51,410 nucleotides of DNA from an uncultured Gammaproteobacteria bacterium. GTDB lineage: Bacteria; Pseudomonadota; Gammaproteobacteria; Magnimaribacterales; TMED112. The DNA is taken from NCBI GenBank assembly GCA_913052565.1, contig CAJXFH010000004.1:1-51410 (forward strand), in the 5' to 3' direction. Under the pieces are notes generated by a model that ran no database searches, was not told where the DNA came from, and worked only from the letters and a program-made list of their open reading frames with translations. A program made the translations under genes and the position numbers. Positions 1 through 9,302 of this stretch are shown here, piece after piece (position 1 is the stretch's first letter; each line of letters begins with the position of its first letter).

Positions 1-2
1 TC

Positions 3-758
3 AGATCCTCTGACGCTGAAGTAGATGAAACAATTTTTATGAGACCTTATGGAATCGTATTAGTGCCTAAGCTAAATAAAATCATAACAACAAATTATGA
101 TATGCATGAAACTGGGAACGGCTACCACATTCAGTTATGGGACATGACAAGCTTAGAACTGCTTCAAACTTTGAAATTACCTTCAACAAAAGATTTAATA
201 ATTGATCAAAATCCTTTTGAAGGTAGATTGCTGGCAGACGGAGAGACAGTAATGTTTCAAACTTTTTCTTGTGGTTTATATACTCTTGAAAATCTCAATT
301 CTTCAACACCAACTATTTCCTATGTGCATCACTTCGCTGAAGGACCATTTTGCTCTTTACCCGTAAGGTTAAAAAATTATTGGATACAGACAGTAGCAAG
401 TGATAGTGGTGGATTTAATGGCATTGTTGTATTGGATATTTCTGAACCATCAAAGCCATTTGAAATCGATAGACTAGATACCGGTTCAACAATAGGCCCG
501 CATTGGCTAAGCCCAAATGCAAATGGTGACAAAATTGTTTTGACTGGTTTCTTTGAACAACTTGAACGGAGGGTGATGATGCTGAATTTTAACCAGGATA
601 CTGGTCAAATTTCTATAGATAACGCGTTTGGTGAAGGAGATAAATTTGGCTCAGGCCTTATTATTGACAGAAAATCATGGCCTCATGGGGATACTGGTGC
701 AGCAATGGCTCATGGTGCACTTTTTTGGCCACCAGCACCACCTGACTGGATGAATTAA
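3..758 (+). CDS. Beta-propeller-type protein, 5'-truncated by the window edge; tentatively selenium-binding protein (SBP56)/methanethiol-oxidase-like C-terminal part
   Basis: The reading frame is open from nt 3 with no upstream stop, so the listed ATG at 39 is probably internal. The C-terminal stretch GPHWLSPNANGDKIVLTGFF...GAAMAHGALFWPP resembles the SBP56 C-terminus by eye. The family assignment is weak. Confidence 0.4.
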   Translation, partial: RSSDAEVDETIFMRPYGIVLVPKLNKIITTNYDMHETGNGYHIQLWDMTSLELLQTLKLPSTKDLIIDQNPFEGRLLADGETVMFQTFSCGLYTLENLNSSTPTISYVHHFAEGPFCSLPVRLKNYWIQTVASDSGGFNGIVVLDISEPSKPFEIDRLDTGSTIGPHWLSPNANGDKIVLTGFFEQLERRVMMLNFNQDTGQISIDNAFGEGDKFGSGLIIDRKSWPHGDTGAAMAHGALFWPPAPPDWMN

Positions 759-827
759 TTGCAGATTTTCAAGACGAGATTTTGCAAAGTTTCTTTTTTA
801 TTGAATTATTGACCATTTCTACTCATA

Positions 828-1091
828 ATGGAGTTTATGAAATATTTACTAATGTTATTTTTAATGTTCGGTTTCAGTGCTTCTTCTTTTGCTGAAGAAG
901 TGAGTGATGATGAATGTGTTGATGACCTAACTACTGAAGCAAATGAATGCGAAAGCGATGATGAAGCTATTGTCGTAGATTCAGATGATGGTTTCTTAAG
1001 TGGGGATCTTTCAGCATACATCGTTTGGGGAGTAGGAGTTGCGCTTCTTAACTCTGATCTTGGTTCTGATTCAGGAACAGCCACAAACTAA
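828..1091 (+). CDS. Small secreted acidic protein (hypothetical)
   Basis: It has an N-terminal signal peptide (MKYLLMLFLMFGFSASSFA-EE), a D/E-rich middle with two Cys, and a G/S/T-rich tail. It is preferred over the Ser-rich antisense ORF 806..1084, which looks like a complement artefact of GAN codons. Confidence 0.45.
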   Translation: MEFMKYLLMLFLMFGFSASSFAEEVSDDECVDDLTTEANECESDDEAIVVDSDDGFLSGDLSAYIVWGVGVALLNSDLGSDSGTATN

Positions 1092-1097
1092 AAATTT

Positions 1098-3065
1098 TTA
1101 ATTAAATCTAATGAGCTCATTATAGAGCTCATATGATTTATTTAACTTAGCTGCCGGATCTTTTGTCAGTGGCTTCCAACCATAAGAATTCATACTTCTT
1201 TGACCAAATACTTCAAATGGAACTTTGAAGAAGATTCCTTTATCAAATGAGCCTTCCCCATATTGCTCAAAAGTAACATCTGTAAATGATGCATATGCAC
1301 CCATTTCAGCACCATTTCTAAATCTTTTCCAAACTTTTAAAGTAGACCCCTCATCACCAGCTAAATATTTTCCCCAAGATAATTTCGTAAATAAGCCTGT
1401 ATTGCCAAATTTATAATATAAATTTGCATGTCCGGTAGTAGCGCTATAATCTTGCATCTCAAAGTCATATTCATAACCTCTTTTTTTCACCCTGAATATC
1501 TCAAAACCATATGAAAAATTATTATCAAAGCTATGCCTCAAGTATTCCAAACCAAATCCATTGAACATCTCTTCTAGGACACCGCCAGTCAAATACAAAT
1601 AAGAATCTTCTCCTAGTTTCGTGAATTTATTAATTGATAAGCGCTTTAAGGCCAGACCTTCGTCAATACCATTTAAATAATCTTTAATATCAGATCTAAC
1701 TTGATTGGGGTAGGTGGTAACTGGTGGTATTGTCAGATCATCAAAATTATTTGCGATAGAAAAAGCTAATTGTGAATCTATGAAAAAATCATCAGAAAAC
1801 ATGTACTTTGAAATGTGTTCTAAAAATAAACCATAGTATAAAAATCCCTCTCTTCCACCGATGAAGGTTCTGACTCTTGGTCCTAGAGTTTGAAAATATC
1901 TCGGAAATTCACCCTCTTTTTGATAAATAGTTCTGCTTAGATTTATAGGCTCAGATATATTGTTATAGCTATTAACATTTTTGGTATTGAGCTTAGTATT
2001 TGTCACTTCCAAGCCGTTGGAGTAATTTTTCAACACAATTTCATCTTTATTTGATAGCTTGAGCTCATTATTTAATGAGTAAATTACTGAACTTATTTCT
2101 TCAATATTTTGATAGCTTGTTTGTCTTACACCTATTACTAGTTGTCCGTCAGCAGCATAGCTAAGGTTTTCAAGTGAAATATTATTGTTCTGAAGGTTTA
2201 CAACCAATTTTGCCAACTTATTATTTGTCTCTACTTCCTCATAATTAAATTGATTTAATTTCCTTGAGCTAATGTTATCTGTCAGTAAGAATTTAATGCC
2301 GATATAATTGCCTCTTTCGAAACTTATGGAAGTTTTCAAGTTGTCTGAGACAGCATAATCCAAACCAAAATTTACTTTCAAATCAGCTACTTCATAACCC
2401 ACCTCTCCAGGCAATTCAGTAGTGTCATATTCAAGTTTTAGTGAGAGATTTGAATTATATTCGTACTCAATGCCACCAAAGATCCCAACATTGGGCCCAG
2501 CGAAATAATTATCAATATTAAAATCTCCACCTTGACCATAATCATTATCCCTTTCTGAAAATCTATTATTTAACTCTTTTAGTGGGTTGCTTATAGTTGC
2601 TGAACCAGCTAAATTTCCCCAACCAAGACCCAAAGAAAAGTCCATTTTGCCAAATTTATAACTTGATACAAGATATTCAGAGCCGTAAATGCCAGTGCCT
2701 GCAAAATCATTAAAACCCAGTGCTAATGCAGGATATACGCCTTGCTCTTTCAGTCTAAACTTTATATTAAAGCCTTTATCTTTGTAAGATTGTGAAAAAT
2801 TATTCCCATACACTTTGCCAGTAATATCAGCGTAATAAAATCCACCCTCCATCCAATTAAATGGTGAAAAGGTTAAATTAAGTTTTCTGTCTGGGTCGCC
2901 TCGAAAAAGAGAAATTTTGGTTGTACCTTCTTCTGAAAATCTTGCATTTGGCATATTGATCAAACCTGAAATTCCATGATTATTAGTTGAAGGTTCTAAT
3001 TTGCCTGAGTAAAAGACTGTAAAAATTACAGTAAGCCAGATTAGTTTTGAAACAAGCTTAAACAT
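1098..3065 (-). CDS. YjbH-family outer-membrane protein (exopolysaccharide-associated family)
   Basis: The 655-aa product has an N-terminal signal/anchor. The motif GLINMPNARF...G followed by long aromatic/Gly-rich beta-strand-like sequence is typical of the YjbH family as I recall it. The terminal F fits an OM beta-barrel. Confidence 0.6.
   Translation of the reverse strand: MFKLVSKLIWLTVIFTVFYSGKLEPSTNNHGISGLINMPNARFSEEGTTKISLFRGDPDRKLNLTFSPFNWMEGGFYYADITGKVYGNNFSQSYKDKGFNIKFRLKEQGVYPALALGFNDFAGTGIYGSEYLVSSYKFGKMDFSLGLGWGNLAGSATISNPLKELNNRFSERDNDYGQGGDFNIDNYFAGPNVGIFGGIEYEYNSNLSLKLEYDTTELPGEVGYEVADLKVNFGLDYAVSDNLKTSISFERGNYIGIKFLLTDNISSRKLNQFNYEEVETNNKLAKLVVNLQNNNISLENLSYAADGQLVIGVRQTSYQNIEEISSVIYSLNNELKLSNKDEIVLKNYSNGLEVTNTKLNTKNVNSYNNISEPINLSRTIYQKEGEFPRYFQTLGPRVRTFIGGREGFLYYGLFLEHISKYMFSDDFFIDSQLAFSIANNFDDLTIPPVTTYPNQVRSDIKDYLNGIDEGLALKRLSINKFTKLGEDSYLYLTGGVLEEMFNGFGLEYLRHSFDNNFSYGFEIFRVKKRGYEYDFEMQDYSATTGHANLYYKFGNTGLFTKLSWGKYLAGDEGSTLKVWKRFRNGAEMGAYASFTDVTFEQYGEGSFDKGIFFKVPFEVFGQRSMNSYGWKPLTKDPAAKLNKSYELYNELIRFN
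1111..1132 (+). terminator. Possible intrinsic terminator hairpin for the 828..1091 gene, embedded in the 3' codons of the convergent gene
   Basis: There is a perfect 8-bp stem, ATGAGCTC (1111-1118) / GAGCTCAT (1125-1132), with a 6-nt loop ATTATA. It lies 20 nt after the stop at 1091 and is followed by ATGATTTATTT. The T-tract is weak. Confidence 0.3.
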
Positions 3066-3113
3066 ACATCGATTTTACTCTATTTGTAGCGCTGAAGATA
3101 AAGGTATGATCAA

Positions 3114-3905
3114 ATGGAAGCAATGCGAATATTTATTCTACTTGTCACACTTTTAACATCTTGTGCTAGCAATGAGCATATTACTAGTCCAAATATTTTA
3201 ATTGCGGATTCCGGTGCTTATGTTTTTCTTTTGCCTGACAAAGCAAAAATTGATGGTTACTTAACTAAGAAAAGCAAACAAGAATTATTGGTTTATGGGC
3301 TTCCATATGTTGATGCAGATACTGAGATTGAAGTTGGTGATTACAAGATTATGGTGGTTAAGAAAGATTTTGGAGAATCAAGAATTGAAATAGAAGATCA
3401 GAATCTAGTTACGCCAGTACTAGCAGATCAAGAAAGAGCATCAGCTGAGTATTTAAAAGTAAAAAAAATTATTCAAAGTGAATCTGAGCAATATTCGATG
3501 AATTTTAAATTTCAGACTCCAATAAAATCAGTTATAACAAGTGCCTATGGTAAAAGAAGGTATATAAACAACATTCAAAGGTCACCACATATGGCGCTTG
3601 ATCTGCGAGGAGCAACTGGGCGTGAGATCTTTGCGCCAAAAAAAGGAAAGGTTGTTTTAGCAGAAAATCATTTTTACGGAGGAAATAAGATTATCTTAGA
3701 TCATGGAGGAGGTTTGTTTACTGCTTATTCTCATCTTAGTGGCTTTAATATAAAGATGGGTGATATTGTTGAAACAGGTGATCTAATTGGATTTGTTGGT
3801 ATGACGGGAAGAGTTACAGGACCTCATTTGCATTGGGAAGTATTCTTAAACGGCAACAGGATTAATCCTGAGTTACTCGTTGATTTAGAATATGCTCAAG
3901 ATTGA
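3114..3905 (+). CDS. M23-family metallopeptidase lipoprotein
   Basis: It carries a lipobox (LLTSC) and the M23 motifs HMALDL (HxxxD), LDHGGGLFTAYSHLS and HLHWEV (HxH). Confidence 0.85.
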   Translation: MEAMRIFILLVTLLTSCASNEHITSPNILIADSGAYVFLLPDKAKIDGYLTKKSKQELLVYGLPYVDADTEIEVGDYKIMVVKKDFGESRIEIEDQNLVTPVLADQERASAEYLKVKKIIQSESEQYSMNFKFQTPIKSVITSAYGKRRYINNIQRSPHMALDLRGATGREIFAPKKGKVVLAENHFYGGNKIILDHGGGLFTAYSHLSGFNIKMGDIVETGDLIGFVGMTGRVTGPHLHWEVFLNGNRINPELLVDLEYAQD

Positions 3906-4498
3906 AGAAAGAACTTTTTCCAAATTGAATCTTCCTTTCTGTAGCATTCTCTGTAGTTCAGCCTATCATCATTTGCTTCCCAAAATTCAAAGTAGGCTAC
4001 TTTGATTTGATAACCACCCCATTTTTCCGGTCGATATTGATTAAATTCACCATTTTCGACCTTCTCTTTCATTACCTCATACTTTTGTTTTAAAAGTTCA
4101 TATGAATCGATCTCTTTTGATTGTTCTGAGACCAAAGCTGCAACATTTTTACTTGGATCTCTGCCAGCAAAATGCTTATCAGAAAATATCTCCTCACATT
4201 TTTCAATGCTTCCTTCTACCCTCACTTGGACTTCAATGCTTGGCCACCAAAAATTTACACAAACCTTGTCATTCGCAGCGAATTGCTCCGCTTTATGACT
4301 CTCATAGTTTGAAAAGAAAATTAAACTATCTTCAAAGAAATATTTGAAGTTTACAAATCTTGAATGAGGTTGAAGCTCAGAATCAACTGAACTTATGCAT
4401 CCAGCTTCAGCAAACTTGTCACCTGAATCTTCAGCTCTTGTATAGTAGTCTTGAAAAATTTCAAATGGGCTTTCGGAAGACAGATTGTTAAATAACAT
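3896..4498 (-). CDS. pdxH: Pyridoxamine/pyridoxine 5'-phosphate oxidase
   Basis: It aligns by eye along E. coli PdxH: RFVNFKYFFEDSLIFFSNYESHKAEQ, VQVRVEGSIEK, and the C-terminal WGGYQIKVAYFEFWEANDDRLNYR (compare FWGGFRV..IEFWQGGEHRLHDR). Confidence 0.8.
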   Translation of the reverse strand: MLFNNLSSESPFEIFQDYYTRAEDSGDKFAEAGCISSVDSELQPHSRFVNFKYFFEDSLIFFSNYESHKAEQFAANDKVCVNFWWPSIEVQVRVEGSIEKCEEIFSDKHFAGRDPSKNVAALVSEQSKEIDSYELLKQKYEVMKEKVENGEFNQYRPEKWGGYQIKVAYFEFWEANDDRLNYRECYRKEDSIWKKFFLQS

Positions 4499-5895
4499 TA
4501 TTTTAAGAATCTAATTTGTATCGCATCAGCATATTCATCAGAGAAAACACCAGAAATTACTATAAATTTTTTGTTCCCTCTTAAATTGAATGACTTTTTC
4601 AAAATATTAAATGCTTCGCTAATGGTTTTTTCATGATCTTTCTTAAAATTTAAGAATATATTTTCAAGAGAAGAAGCAACTGAGAGTTTATTTTGTGTCT
4701 CTTTATTGTTGGTAAAAGCATAAACCGGGACACGTGGTCGAGCTAGAGATATCAGATTTGCTGTAAAACCACTTCTAGTTAGGACAACTATTGCATCTGC
4801 TTTCACTCTTTTTGAGAGTTTTACTGAGGTGGATGCAAGAGTATGCCAATCGCTGATGTGTTTAATATTATTTTCAAAATGCAGGGTCTCAGACCTCTCA
4901 GCATTCTTCGCAATATCATGTAAATACTTCACACATTTAACTGGGTATTTACCGACGGTAGTTTCTGCTGATAACATTAGAGCATCTACTCCTTCGTATA
5001 CCGCATTTGCAACATCAGAAACTTCAGCTCTAGTAGGATGCGGATTATTGATCATTGATTCTAAAAGTTGTGTGGCTACTATGGATTTTTTTCCATTCTG
5101 TAAAGCAACTTTGACCATTTTTCTCTGCAGGTAGGGAAGATTAGTCATATCAGTTTCAATGCCTAAATCACCTCGAGCAACAAGAAGACCATCACAATTT
5201 TTTGAAATGCCCTCAATATTATCCATTCCCTGTTGTTCTTCAATTTTTGCAAAGACCTCAGGTTTATTTTTTGATTTTTCTATAAAACTATTAAGCTCCT
5301 TTACATCCTTGACAGTTCTTGCGAAAGATAAAGCAATAAAGTCAATGCCTAATTCCAGACCTTTTTTTATGTCACGTTTATCTTTGAGGGTGAGTGTAGG
5401 CAATCTTAGTTTCGCTCCCGGAAAGTTTACATGTTTTTTTCCAGTAATTTCTCCGGAATCAACCACTGAGCACAGAATTCTTTCCTTTGAGAATTTTTTT
5501 ATTTTCAGGTCTATTTGCCCATTATCCAGAGAAATCTTACCTCCTACTTTTAAACCTTTTACATAGCTCAAATTATCAACAAGGAGTTGTTTATTTTTAG
5601 ACTTTTTATGAACACTGCAAACCTCTATTAAGTCCCCTGTTTTCAAAATGATATTTTCTGTAAAGTTTGAAGTCCTAATTTCAGGTCCTTGTGTATCAAG
5701 CATTAAACCTATTGAAGAAGAAACTTTTTTGTTTAATTTTGAAACTATTTTAGAAATATCTATCAAATCATTGGTGGACGCGTGAGACATATTCACACGC
5801 ACCACATTCATGCCATTTTGATAGAGTTTATGAATTATGGCTTCGGACTTCGAAGCAGGACCTATTGTTGCAATAATTTTTGTTCTTTTATGCAT
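4498..5895 (-). CDS. pyk: Pyruvate kinase
   Basis: Diagnostic motifs are KIIATIGPAS, MNVVRVNMSHAS, MLDTQGPEIR and VARGDLGIE; length is 465 aa. Confidence 0.92.
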   Translation of the reverse strand: MHKRTKIIATIGPASKSEAIIHKLYQNGMNVVRVNMSHASTNDLIDISKIVSKLNKKVSSSIGLMLDTQGPEIRTSNFTENIILKTGDLIEVCSVHKKSKNKQLLVDNLSYVKGLKVGGKISLDNGQIDLKIKKFSKERILCSVVDSGEITGKKHVNFPGAKLRLPTLTLKDKRDIKKGLELGIDFIALSFARTVKDVKELNSFIEKSKNKPEVFAKIEEQQGMDNIEGISKNCDGLLVARGDLGIETDMTNLPYLQRKMVKVALQNGKKSIVATQLLESMINNPHPTRAEVSDVANAVYEGVDALMLSAETTVGKYPVKCVKYLHDIAKNAERSETLHFENNIKHISDWHTLASTSVKLSKRVKADAIVVLTRSGFTANLISLARPRVPVYAFTNNKETQNKLSVASSLENIFLNFKKDHEKTISEAFNILKKSFNLRGNKKFIVISGVFSDEYADAIQIRFLK

Positions 5896-5926
5896 AAGAT
5901 AATTTGGATTCTATTATAATCTTATT

Positions 5927-7120
5927 GTGAGTGAAAGTTTCTACAATCTAATAGATTCTGAAGTAAAGAAAATTACTGAAGATAACCTTTTCAAGGACGA
6001 AAGACTCATCACAACACCACAGCAAACTTCGATAACACTAAAGAATGGTCAAAACGTTATGAATTTTTGCGCAAACGATTATCTTGGTTTAGCAAATAAT
6101 CAGGAAGTTAAGGATGCTGCAGCTGAATCAATTGCTGAAGATGGCTTTGGTATGGCTTCAGTAAGATTCATATGTGGAACTAATGATTTGCATCGCCAAC
6201 TTGAAAACAAGCTAAGTTCATTTCTGGGTTATGAAGATTGCATTTTATATGTGGCTTGTTTTGATGCAAATGGTGGTCTGTTTGAACCGCTTTTTACTGC
6301 AGAGGATGCAATTATAAGTGACTCTCTCAATCATGCATCAATCATCGATGGCATAAGACTTTGTAAAGCTAAAAGATTTAGATACGAACATAGCAATATG
6401 GGAGACTTAGAAAAATGTTTGCAGATGGCGACTAATGATGGAGCACGACACAAAATTATCGCGACTGACGGAGTTTTTTCGATGGATGGAACTTATGCCA
6501 AACTTGATAAGATTGTTTTGCTTGCTGAAAAGTATGATGCGCTCTTGATGGTAGATGATTGTCATGCAACTGGCTTTGTTGGTCCAAATGGAAAAGGAAC
6601 AGCTGACCATTTTAATCTCACTAATAAAGTTGATATCTTAACTGGCACTCTAGGGAAAGCCTTGGGAGGTGCTTCAGGAGGCTTTATTTGTGCAAAAGAA
6701 AATGTTGTTCAACTTTTGAAGCAACGATCAAGACCATATTTATTTTCCAATGCTCTTTCACCATCAATTGTGAAAGCTACTTTAAAAGCATTAGAAATTA
6801 TTGAAAGAGAGCCTGAAAGAAGAGCACGAATCAAAGAAAATACCGATTACTTCAGAGAAAAAATGATTAATCTTGGCTTTACTTTAAAAGGAGATGGCCA
6901 CTCAATTACACCAGTTATGCTTGGGGATGCTGGAATTGCTCAAAATATGTCACGAGAGTTATTAGAACATGGACTTTACGCAGTAGGGTTCTTCTTCCCT
7001 GTAGTGCCAAAAGGGGAGGCCAGGATAAGATTACAAATAAATAGTGAACATACAAAAGAGCAATTAGATAATGCCATAGAAATTTTTGAGAAGGTTGGAA
7101 AGAACTTGAGAGTTATATGA
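5927..7120 (+). CDS. kbl: 2-amino-3-ketobutyrate CoA ligase (glycine C-acetyltransferase)
   Basis: It is collinear with E. coli Kbl from residue 1: FCANDYLGL, MASVRFICGT, NHASIIDG and the PLP-lysine context TGTLGKALGG. It uses a GTG start and overlaps tdh by 4 nt. Confidence 0.9.
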   Translation: MSESFYNLIDSEVKKITEDNLFKDERLITTPQQTSITLKNGQNVMNFCANDYLGLANNQEVKDAAAESIAEDGFGMASVRFICGTNDLHRQLENKLSSFLGYEDCILYVACFDANGGLFEPLFTAEDAIISDSLNHASIIDGIRLCKAKRFRYEHSNMGDLEKCLQMATNDGARHKIIATDGVFSMDGTYAKLDKIVLLAEKYDALLMVDDCHATGFVGPNGKGTADHFNLTNKVDILTGTLGKALGGASGGFICAKENVVQLLKQRSRPYLFSNALSPSIVKATLKALEIIEREPERRARIKENTDYFREKMINLGFTLKGDGHSITPVMLGDAGIAQNMSRELLEHGLYAVGFFFPVVPKGEARIRLQINSEHTKEQLDNAIEIFEKVGKNLRVI

Positions 7121-8142
7121 AAGCAATAGTAAAACAAAGAAGTGAAGTAGGTATGGTGCTGATAGATAAAGATGTGCCAAGTATTTCTGATGATGACATC
7201 CTAATAAAGGTCAAGAAAACAGCAATTTGTGGTACCGACCTACATATTTGGAACTGGGATAAATGGGCTAGTGCAACTATTAAGCCTCCAATGACAGTAG
7301 GCCATGAATTTATGGGTGAGGTTTTTGAAATAGGCGTGAACGTTAAGAATTTTAAAGTTGGGGATAGAGTCTCTGCAGAAGCTCATATTACTGGCTCAAA
7401 TAGTAGAAATTCTAAGGCTGGAAAAGCTCATCTTGATCCAGACACAATAAATATTGGAGTTGATAGAGATGGTGCATTTGCAGAATATGTATCAGTTCCA
7501 GCTAAAAATGTTGTGCATTTGCCTGATGAAATTTCAGATGAGATAGGTTCAATCTTAGATCCATTTGGGAATGCAATTCATGCATCACTTTCCTTTGATC
7601 TTGTGGGTGAAGATGTTCTTGTAACTGGAGCAGGCCCTATCGGTATTATGTCTGCAGCAATAGCAAAATTTGTGGGCGCAAGAAAAGTTTTATTGACTGA
7701 TATTAACGATGGAAGATTAGAACTGGCGCAAAAAGTTTGCCAAGTTGAAGTGCTTAATCCTGCTAAAGAGGATATTAAAAATAAAATGCGTGAAATGGGT
7801 TTAAAAGAGGGTTTTGATGTTGGTCTTGAAATGTCAGGCTCAGAACAAGCTATCGATCAAATGATTGATTCTATGATAATGGGTGGGAATGTAGCATTAC
7901 TTGGCTTACCAGCTGATGTAATTAAGCTTGATCTATCGAAAGTTATTTTCAAAGCATTGAACCTTAAAGCAATTTATGGTCGTGAAATTTTTGAAACTTG
8001 GTATAAGGGCATGGCCTTGCTTAAATCAGGTTTAGATATTGAAAAGGTAATCACACATAAATTCCATTACACAGATTTTGAACAAGCTTTTGAATTATTA
8101 AATTCTGGAAAAGCAGGAAAAGTTGTTCTCAGCTGGGACTAA
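7117..8142 (+). CDS. tdh: L-threonine 3-dehydrogenase
   Basis: It is a Zn-ADH with ICGTDLHIWNWDKWA (E. coli ICGTDVHIYNWDEWS), GHEFMGEV and the Rossmann motif VTGAGPIG. It is operonic with kbl. Confidence 0.9.
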   Translation: MKAIVKQRSEVGMVLIDKDVPSISDDDILIKVKKTAICGTDLHIWNWDKWASATIKPPMTVGHEFMGEVFEIGVNVKNFKVGDRVSAEAHITGSNSRNSKAGKAHLDPDTINIGVDRDGAFAEYVSVPAKNVVHLPDEISDEIGSILDPFGNAIHASLSFDLVGEDVLVTGAGPIGIMSAAIAKFVGARKVLLTDINDGRLELAQKVCQVEVLNPAKEDIKNKMREMGLKEGFDVGLEMSGSEQAIDQMIDSMIMGGNVALLGLPADVIKLDLSKVIFKALNLKAIYGREIFETWYKGMALLKSGLDIEKVITHKFHYTDFEQAFELLNSGKAGKVVLSWD

Positions 8143-9302
8143 TCAACAAGATCAAAAATTAAATCCTGAATTTTGGTAACACCCTCACATTTATCGGGGC
8201 TGGTAAAAGGACAGTGATAAATAGAAATTCCTTGAGCTTGGGTATTAGGTATATTTAAATTTGGATCATCAACAATTTCTGCTCCGGGCTCTGCAGGAGC
8301 GGGAGCTAACAACTCAGTGATGTATCTGACCCAGGAATAAGGCATCCATAAGATATAGGCCAATGGTCCAAAATTAATCTGATAGCCTTTGGAAGCATCA
8401 TGCAAGTATTTAGTCAATCGAACTACGACTAAATCTTTTTCAGGAACAACAAAAAGTATTTCTCCATCGGTAACTTCTAAACCTACAAGACTCTTTTGCT
8501 GATTAAACTTTCTGACAGACCAATGTAGCCCGAACCATTCGCCTGTTCCTTCTGAAATTGGCTTTATTGAAGCATTTAAGAAATTCCTGTTGATGATTTG
8601 AGTACCTTGCCATTCTCCAGAATTATTTATTAACTGGCCAAATTTAAGCAAATCATTTGGTTTTAAATCAATACCGTAATAAGTCATATCATTCCCACTG
8701 GTATCCTCCCACAATCCATAGTCTTCAATACCTAGAGGTGAAAATATTTCGTCTACTAATACTTCGTGCACTTCCTTTCCAAATATCTTTTTAATTATTG
8801 GATTCAACAGCATGGTATTAACATTGTTATATTCATATTCCTGTCCTTGAGGCTTTTCTAAATCAACATTCAGAGCAAACTCCAAATTGTTTAATGAAAA
8901 AAACATTTCTTGATTTTCATGCTCAGTAATTTTGAGTCCTGATTTCATTGCCAGAAGGTTCTCAAGTGTAATTTTGCCCCTTTCATCATTAGAAAATTCT
9001 GGAATAAAACTCGCTAAAGTCATGTCGAGATTAACATCTAAACCTTGTTCGATAGCAACACCAATTAACGCAGCATAAAATGTTTTTGCAATTGACCAAG
9101 TAGTGCCAAGATCATCTTTTGAATAACCTTCTGCGTAATATTCTGAGACTACTTGGTTGTTGTGTGAAACAATGAAACCCTGTGTTGCAGGGTCGGCTTT
9201 CATTAATGCTTCTAATTCTTGTAGGTTTTTATTATTTAACTCACTGGCTTCAATACTTAATGCAAAAAGTGCTAAAAAAGCCAGGTTTTTCTTAATCATC
9301 AA
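8139..9302 (-). CDS. Secreted beta-lactamase-family serine hydrolase
   Basis: It has a signal peptide, an SxxK motif (SIAK) and a Y-x-N motif (YEYNNVN). It is a paralogue of the adjacent upstream gene. Confidence 0.8.
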   Translation of the reverse strand: MMIKKNLAFLALFALSIEASELNNKNLQELEALMKADPATQGFIVSHNNQVVSEYYAEGYSKDDLGTTWSIAKTFYAALIGVAIEQGLDVNLDMTLASFIPEFSNDERGKITLENLLAMKSGLKITEHENQEMFFSLNNLEFALNVDLEKPQGQEYEYNNVNTMLLNPIIKKIFGKEVHEVLVDEIFSPLGIEDYGLWEDTSGNDMTYYGIDLKPNDLLKFGQLINNSGEWQGTQIINRNFLNASIKPISEGTGEWFGLHWSVRKFNQQKSLVGLEVTDGEILFVVPEKDLVVVRLTKYLHDASKGYQINFGPLAYILWMPYSWVRYITELLAPAPAEPGAEIVDDPNLNIPNTQAQGISIYHCPFTSPDKCEGVTKIQDLIFDLVD

